Assembly: GCA_030428255.1 (NCBI GenBank)
Contig: JAUIBT010000005.1
Location: forward strand, 308-64,307
From: Alphaproteobacteria bacterium
GTDB taxonomy: Bacteria > Pseudomonadota > Alphaproteobacteria > UBA7985 > JAUIBT01
DNA: 64,000 bases
Direction: 5' to 3'
The notes beneath the pieces were generated by a model. That model was not told the origin of the DNA. It saw only the letters and a list, made by a program, of their open reading frames with translations, and ran no database searches. Below, in pieces: positions 58,991 through 64,000 of this stretch. Position numbers and translations under genes: made by a program. The stretch's first letter is position 1. Each line of letters opens with the position of its first letter.

Positions 58991-60151
58991 ATGATGCGAA
59001 CCTTGACACCCATGCTAAGAAAATTCTGCCTGGCCAAACATCCGGGCAGCCGCAGCAAAGCCGCATCGGTTTTGGGTGCAGCTTTGGCCTGTCTGGCGGT
59101 TGGCCTGCCCCTCGGCCAGGCGTCGGCAGCGCCGCAGGTGGTGACCACCATCGCGCAGATCGGGCAGCCGCTGAGCGTGATTGCGGGTGACTGCTTGCAG
59201 GTGCGCAGTTTGCTTGGCCCTGGTAGCGACCCCCACCTCTATCGCCCGACGCGCTCGGACATGACGGCTTTGTTGACCGCTGATATCCTGGTCCACAACG
59301 GCGCCCATCTGGAGGCGCAGTTCGCCAAGCCGCTGGACCAGTTTGCTAAACGTAAGCCGGTGTTTGAATTGGCGCTGGCGGTGCCCAACGCGGGCTTGAT
59401 GCGCGACAGTGAGCAGGTCACCGACCCGCACTTTTGGATGAACCCTGCGCTGTGGGCGCGCCTGCTGAGCCGCTTGATCGAAGATTTGGTCGGCCATGAA
59501 CAGGCCAGCGCCATGCTGGACCCAGGCTGTGCTGAGCGTTTGCAGGCCGGCGCGCAAGACTATGAAGCCCGACTGCTGGCTCTGGACGCTTGGACCCAGG
59601 CGCTGTTTTCGAACCTGCCCCGCGAGCGGCGCGTGCTGGTCAGCGCGCACGACGCCTTTGGTTATTTTGGCCAACGCTATGATTTTCAAGTCGAGGGCAT
59701 TCAGGGCCTATCCACCGACAGCCAAGCCAGCCTCAAGCGCATGAACGACCTGGCCGAGCTGTTGGTGACGCGCCAGGTGCCGGTGGCTTTTGTCGAAAGC
59801 AGCATCGACCCCAAGAGCATCGAAACGCTGTTGACGCGTGCGGCGGCGCGCGGCGGATCCGTGGCCTTGGGCGACGCGCTCTTTTCCGATGCCATGGGCC
59901 CAGCAGGCAGCCCGGCTGAGACCTACATCGGCATGTTTGCTCATAATGTGCGCGCCATCGTGCGAGGCTTTGGCCTGCAAGAGAACGGCGCGCCTGAAGT
60001 CGGCGAGCAAAAAATTGGCGAGCAAAAAATTGGCGAGCAAGAAATCGGCCAGGGCAGCGCGGCCCAAAAAGCGCTGTACGATTTGGACGTGACCGCGCCC
60101 GACTTTCCGGCGCGGCTTAAGGAGAGACTGCATGTTGATGCGCTCAAGTGA
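58991..60151 (+). CDS. Metal (Mn/Zn) ABC transporter substrate-binding protein (TroA/ZnuA/cluster A-I)
   Basis: Signal peptide (ASVLGAALACLAVGLPLGQASAAP). Metal-site residues (DPHLYRP, DPHFWMNP, SAHDAFGYF). The start is uncertain (58949, 58991 or 59012), and an operator-like inverted repeat lies inside the longest version. Contains an EQKIG x3 repeat. Confidence 0.75.
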   Translation: MMRTLTPMLRKFCLAKHPGSRSKAASVLGAALACLAVGLPLGQASAAPQVVTTIAQIGQPLSVIAGDCLQVRSLLGPGSDPHLYRPTRSDMTALLTADILVHNGAHLEAQFAKPLDQFAKRKPVFELALAVPNAGLMRDSEQVTDPHFWMNPALWARLLSRLIEDLVGHEQASAMLDPGCAERLQAGAQDYEARLLALDAWTQALFSNLPRERRVLVSAHDAFGYFGQRYDFQVEGIQGLSTDSQASLKRMNDLAELLVTRQVPVAFVESSIDPKSIETLLTRAAARGGSVALGDALFSDAMGPAGSPAETYIGMFAHNVRAIVRGFGLQENGAPEVGEQKIGEQKIGEQEIGQGSAAQKALYDLDVTAPDFPARLKERLHVDALK

Positions 60152-60929
60152 CAAAACCCTGCTGACCCAGGACCTGAGCCAAGCGGCGATCGACCTTAGG
60201 GGTCTGAGGGTCTGCTATGGCGAAGACGAAATCCTGCCTGGCATTGATCTGCAAATTCCGCTGGGCTCGCGCTTTGCCATTTTGGGGCCGAACGGAGCTG
60301 GCAAATCGACCTTGCTCAAGGCTATGCTGGGCCTAGTCCCCAGCCAAGCGGGAAAGGTTCGTTTTCCCCAAGCGCCCCAGGGCAGCGCGGACAGCGCCAA
60401 AGCTAACGGCCTGGTGGCCTATGTGCCCCAGCGCGCCAGCGTGGATTGGCACTTTCCAGCCACCGCGCTGGATGTGGTGACCATGGGCCGCTTTGGCGCG
60501 CGGCGCTGGTACCAGCGTTTGTCGGCGCAGGACAAAGCCCGTGCGGCGGCAGCTCTGGAAGCCGTCGGCCTAACGGCCTTTGCCAAGCACGCCTTGGGCT
60601 CTTTGTCTGGCGGCCAGGCGCAGCGAGTCTTTCTGGCGCGCGCCATTGCCCAGGATGCTCAGATCTTCCTGCTCGACGAGCCGCTGACCGGCATTGATGC
60701 GCCGTCGCAACAGATCATTATCGACCAGCTCCACAGCCTCAATGCCCAGGGCAAGACCGTGGTTGCGGTGCATCACGATTTGCGCACCGCCGGTGAGATC
60801 TTCAGCCACGGGGCTTTGCTCAATCGCGGTCTGGTGGCCAGCGGTTTGATCAGCGATGTCGCCCATCCTCAGGCCCTGGCGCGCGCTTATGGCCTGCCCA
60901 TGGAGGCGCTGGTTCGCCCAGCGGCTTAG
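60132..60929 (+). CDS. Metal ABC transporter ATP-binding protein (ZnuC/TroB-like)
   Basis: Walker A GPNGAGKST. Signature LSGGQAQRVFLARA. Walker B IFLLDEPLTGID. Confidence 0.85.
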   Translation: MLMRSSDKTLLTQDLSQAAIDLRGLRVCYGEDEILPGIDLQIPLGSRFAILGPNGAGKSTLLKAMLGLVPSQAGKVRFPQAPQGSADSAKANGLVAYVPQRASVDWHFPATALDVVTMGRFGARRWYQRLSAQDKARAAAALEAVGLTAFAKHALGSLSGGQAQRVFLARAIAQDAQIFLLDEPLTGIDAPSQQIIIDQLHSLNAQGKTVVAVHHDLRTAGEIFSHGALLNRGLVASGLISDVAHPQALARAYGLPMEALVRPAA

Positions 60930-60946
60930 GCAGCTTGCAGGCCTGC

Positions 60947-61040
60947 CTAGCGCAAAGCCCGAGCAATCGCCCTTGATTGTGCCAAAGTGACTTGGGGTAT
61001 ATTTGCCTCAAAATCAAATAGTTAGAGCGCGTTGATTGAA
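60947..61040 (+). repeat. Conserved intergenic element, copy B (one mismatch to the 41-bp core of copy A)
   Basis: CTAGCGCAAAGCCCGAGCAATCGCCCTTGATTGTGCCAAAG...AAAATCAAATAGTTAGAGCGCGTTGATTG, sitting inside the metal-transporter operon between the ATPase and permease genes. Confidence 0.6.
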
Positions 61041-61092
61041 TGCAAGACAACGAAACCTGCGCTAGAGCGCCTCTAGGCCGCGACGGGATGCT

Positions 61093-61959
61093 ATGACCCT
61101 AATCGATGTCTTCTTGCTGACCGCCCTAGCGGTCTTTGGTGCGGCTTGCGGTCTGTTGGGTGTCTTCTTGACCCTGCGCGGGCGCACGCTGGTGGTGGAT
61201 GCCATGAGCCATGCGGCGCTGCCCGGAATCGCCTTGGTCGGCTTGGCGGCGGGCTTTGGCTTGATCACGCGCAGCGGCTTTGCCCTGGTGTTGGGCGCGC
61301 TGGTGTTTGCGGCACTGGCGGCGGTGTTGGTACTGGTTCTGCGCCGTCATGCCCGCATCAGCGAGGATTCGGCTATGGCCCTGATCCTCTCAAGTTTCTT
61401 TGGCCTCGGCGTGGTGCTGTTCGGCTGGCTGCAACTGCTGGACGCCAGCCAAACGCTGGGCATTACCAGCTTTGCGCTCGGCCAGGTCGCGACCATGAGC
61501 GGCGGCGAGGCTTGGAGTTTGCTCATTGTGGCCCTGCTGGTGCTGGGGGTGGTGATCGCGGCCTATCGCGGGCTCAGCCTGCTGGTGTTTGACGCCGATT
61601 ATGCGGCGGCGACCGGCTGGCCCTTACTCAAATTGGACTTGCTGTTGATGGCATTGGCGACCGTGCTGCTGGCGGTGGGTTTGCGCTCGGTCGGGGCGAT
61701 CATGCTGTTGGGTCTGGTGGCTGGCCCGGCGCTGACCGGTCTGGCGGGCGCGCGGCGTATGCCGCAAGCCTTGGGTCTGGCGGCGGCCGCTGGGGCTCTA
61801 TCCTGCCTGCTGGGCGGCGGCTTGAGCCTGGTCGGCACCCACGTTCCCACTGGCCCGGCGATCATCTTGGTGGCCGCTGCTTTGTTGACACTGGTGCTGG
61901 TTTGGCGCGCATTGCGTCCCCGCACCTTGAGTGTCACGGCAAAGGCTGCGCGGATATGA
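61093..61959 (+). CDS. ABC-3 family metal transporter permease (TroC/ZnuB-like)
   Basis: 288 aa with 8-9 TM helices. DAMSHAALPG motif. Confidence 0.8.
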   Translation: MTLIDVFLLTALAVFGAACGLLGVFLTLRGRTLVVDAMSHAALPGIALVGLAAGFGLITRSGFALVLGALVFAALAAVLVLVLRRHARISEDSAMALILSSFFGLGVVLFGWLQLLDASQTLGITSFALGQVATMSGGEAWSLLIVALLVLGVVIAAYRGLSLLVFDADYAAATGWPLLKLDLLLMALATVLLAVGLRSVGAIMLLGLVAGPALTGLAGARRMPQALGLAAAAGALSCLLGGGLSLVGTHVPTGPAIILVAAALLTLVLVWRALRPRTLSVTAKAARI

Positions 61960-62882
61960 GCTTTTGGCCGATCCAATTTCCCGCTTTATTGGCGGCTCTG
62001 CTGGCGGCTAGCGCCTGTGGCTTGATCGGCAATCTGCTGGTTTTGCGGCGCGAGGCTATGCTGGGCGATGCCATCTCTCACATGGTGCTGCCGGGGCTGG
62101 TGATCGCAGCGTGGTTTGGCGGCCTGCTGTTGGGCGACATGTGGCGACCGCTCAATTTTTTCGGCGCCTGCGTGGCGGCCGTGGCGGGCGTGGCTTTGCT
62201 GCGCTGGCTTGAGCGTCGTCAAGGCTTGGAACCGCGTGCCGCCATGGGCTTTATCTTCACGGCCTTTTTTGCTTTGGGGGTCGTATTGCTGGAAGTGACC
62301 GGGCAAACCAATCAGCACCTGGATGTCGAGCACGCGCTGTTCGGGTCACTGGAAACCTTGATCTGGATCGACCTAATGTCCTGGCGCGACCTGTTGCGTC
62401 CGGCTGCCTATGCCACCATGCCCAGCGCTCTGGTGAGCCTCAGCCTGGCTTTGCTGGTGGCGCTGGTCTATTTTGCGGTCAACTATCGCCGCCTCATGGC
62501 TTGGCTGTTTGATCCAGACTATAGCCAGACCAGCGGCTTGACCCTGCGCGGTATGGAGATGACCAGCGGCCTGCTGGTGGCGTTTGTCGCCATGGCCGCC
62601 TTTGAAGCGGTGGGCGCGGTGCTGGTGGTGGCATTGCTGGTCGCACCCGCCGCAACGGCACATTTATTCGCCCGGCGCTTTTCCAGGCAGTTGCTGGCCT
62701 CGCTGGTTTTGGCCTTGGTGATGGCGCTGCTGGGCTGGTATCTCGCCCAAGCGCCCTTGGCTTTGGGCTGGTTGAGCGACACCTTGCCCGCCTCAGGGGC
62801 TATTGCCTTTGCTGGCGGTCTGGTCTTTACCCTCGTGCTGGCCTTTGGCACACTGAGTCGAAGCCGTGCCACTCGCCCTTAA
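61956..62882 (+). CDS. ABC-3 family metal transporter permease (TroD-like, second permease)
   Basis: Start at MSFWPIQF (ATGA overlap with the upstream stop). DAISHMVLPG motif. Confidence 0.8.
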   Translation: MSFWPIQFPALLAALLAASACGLIGNLLVLRREAMLGDAISHMVLPGLVIAAWFGGLLLGDMWRPLNFFGACVAAVAGVALLRWLERRQGLEPRAAMGFIFTAFFALGVVLLEVTGQTNQHLDVEHALFGSLETLIWIDLMSWRDLLRPAAYATMPSALVSLSLALLVALVYFAVNYRRLMAWLFDPDYSQTSGLTLRGMEMTSGLLVAFVAMAAFEAVGAVLVVALLVAPAATAHLFARRFSRQLLASLVLALVMALLGWYLAQAPLALGWLSDTLPASGAIAFAGGLVFTLVLAFGTLSRSRATRP

Positions 62883-62917
62883 CCCAATCCTGTGACCAAA
62901 TTGCCGCGCCGACCGCT

Positions 62918-63388
62918 ATGCTTCCCGACCCTGCCGATCAAGCCTCCAACGATTCTGACGACCTGAGCGCTCCAGAAGCCCCGGGCGATATCGCTGCGCG
63001 CTTTGATCGGACACGCTCGGACCACAAGACCGAGCTGACCGAAGACTATGTGGAGATGATCGCCCAGTTGATCGAAGAGACGGGTGAAGCGCGAGCCGCC
63101 GACCTTTCGGCGCGTTTCGGGGTCACTCCGGCGACGGTCAATAACACGGTTCAACGCCTTCAACGCGACGGCCTGGTCAATTCCGAGCCTTACCGTTCCA
63201 TATTCCTAACAGACAAGGGACGTGCGCTTGCCGAGGCCTGTGCGCTGCGCCACGATGTGGTGGTTGCCTTCTTGCTGTCGCTGGGCGTGCCGGATGAGGT
63301 GGCGCGCTTGGACGCTGAAGGGATCGAACATCATTGCAGCCAAGCAACCTTAGAGGCCATGCAGCGCTTCTTGTCCGAAAACGTGTAA
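62918..63388 (+). CDS. DtxR/MntR family metal-dependent transcriptional repressor
   Basis: wHTH (LTEDYVEMIAQLIEETGEARAADLSARFGVTPATVNNTVQRLQRDGLV) and metal-binding helix (ACALRHDVVVAFL...EHHCS). Confidence 0.75.
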   Translation: MLPDPADQASNDSDDLSAPEAPGDIAARFDRTRSDHKTELTEDYVEMIAQLIEETGEARAADLSARFGVTPATVNNTVQRLQRDGLVNSEPYRSIFLTDKGRALAEACALRHDVVVAFLLSLGVPDEVARLDAEGIEHHCSQATLEAMQRFLSENV

Positions 63389-63494
63389 TAAGCGCGGTTT
63401 GAAACCAAAGCGAAACACCAACAGCATGCTATTGCCATGATTTCGCACTAGGGCTCAAATCATCGCCGAAATAAGGATAATAAGGAGCTTGCCC

Positions 63495-64000
63495 GTGCGC
63501 GATCATCAATTACCGCTGTCCCCCAAATCTCGATCAATCCGGCCAAGACGGGTGGGCGTGAGCTTTGGCGCGATAGCTGGCCTTTGCCTGGGCGTCTCGG
63601 CGCTGGGTTTGGCCCCAACGTCAGCTTGGGCCTTGACCTCTGAGGAGCTGCGCGAGGAGGTCTTGGCCTCGCTCAAACTACCCTTCGGCTTGTCCATGGT
63701 CGGTGGCGTTGAAGGCGCTGAGGTGCTGGTCACCAAAGAGGCCCCCTTTGAAGTTACGATCCAAGGCGGCAGGATTGGTACAACCAGGCTGCCGACTTTG
63801 ACCTATGACGTGACCGAAGTCAGCGACGACGTGTGGCGCATCGCCAACGCTTCTTTTGACGCGCCGATCGAGATTGACATCGACGGCGTGCCCTTGCGCA
63901 TTCGCGGCAGCAAGTGGGATGGCACCTGGTCGCGCAGCCGCCAGGATTATATCGACGGCAACTTTGTGATCGGCGGCTTTGGACTGCGGGTCGGCTCAGC
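63495..64000 (+). CDS. Secreted hypothetical protein, N-terminal part (runs off window); probable paralog of the 24322-26298 protein
   Basis: GTG start 8 nt after an AAGGAG RBS. Signal peptide (GAIAGLCLGVSALGLAPTSAWA). The N-terminal architecture resembles the 658-aa secreted protein (EELREEVLASLKLPFGL...EVTIQGGRI versus EALKSELLISLAQPLPI...QVTLPGARV). Confidence 0.5.
   Translation, partial: MRDHQLPLSPKSRSIRPRRVGVSFGAIAGLCLGVSALGLAPTSAWALTSEELREEVLASLKLPFGLSMVGGVEGAEVLVTKEAPFEVTIQGGRIGTTRLPTLTYDVTEVSDDVWRIANASFDAPIEIDIDGVPLRIRGSKWDGTWSRSRQDYIDGNFVIGGFGLRVGS

Overview
This is a high-GC (about 65%) chromosomal segment that looks alphaproteobacterial, possibly Rhodobacterales-like. The evidence is a Rhodobacter-type porin, a DUF4167 gene beside prfA-prmC, and an HslV with the MHATTI propeptide. 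Most of the window is ordinary housekeeping and accessory-metabolism genes, in this order: an EamA transporter (partial); rpoH; an envelope-remodelling cluster (SH3b/DUF1311 protein, CAP-domain lipoprotein, LdtD-like L,D-transpeptidase, predicted aminopeptidase, M23 peptidase); xseA; purD-purH; a small XRE HTH gene; a TetR-HlyD-ABC2 efflux operon; agmatinase; a porin; an MFS transporter; a 658-aa secreted protein; hslVU; GNAT; HIT; a RodZ-like gene; hisS-prfA-prmC; a DUF4167 gene; holA; queG; a DMGDH-like/BKACE/class-III aminotransferase catabolic operon with a divergent RpiR regulator and a TAXI-TRAP transporter; uspA; clpB; kpsMT; a metallophosphoesterase; a ferredoxin; a MoCF-domain protein; a 3-hydroxyisobutyrate-dehydrogenase-family gene; and a TroABCD/ZnuABC-like metal ABC transporter with an MntR/DtxR regulator. 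The outstanding anomaly is a single low-GC gene at 38589-40097 (locally about 30-50% GC, foreign codon usage) wedged between queG and the aminotransferase operon. It encodes a 502-aa coiled-coil protein with a C-terminal 2-TM module. Its 250-bp upstream region is densely packed with palindromes and direct repeats. There are no integrase or transposase genes and no visible flanking direct repeats. I flag it as a horizontally acquired orphan, with an abortive-infection/defence-type membrane effector as one hypothesis, but this is inference only. Other notable items: a roughly 95-bp conserved intergenic element present twice; three unrelated short tandem-repeat arrays (15-, 16- and 17-bp units) in intergenic regions; protein-coding tandem repeats (GERPER x6 plus a duplicated AT-hook module in the DUF4167 protein, EQKIG x3 in the metal-binding protein); a 27-bp palindrome upstream of rpoH; and a sigma-32-like promoter upstream of clpB. 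No tRNA, rRNA, CRISPR array, IS element or integrase was recognised.
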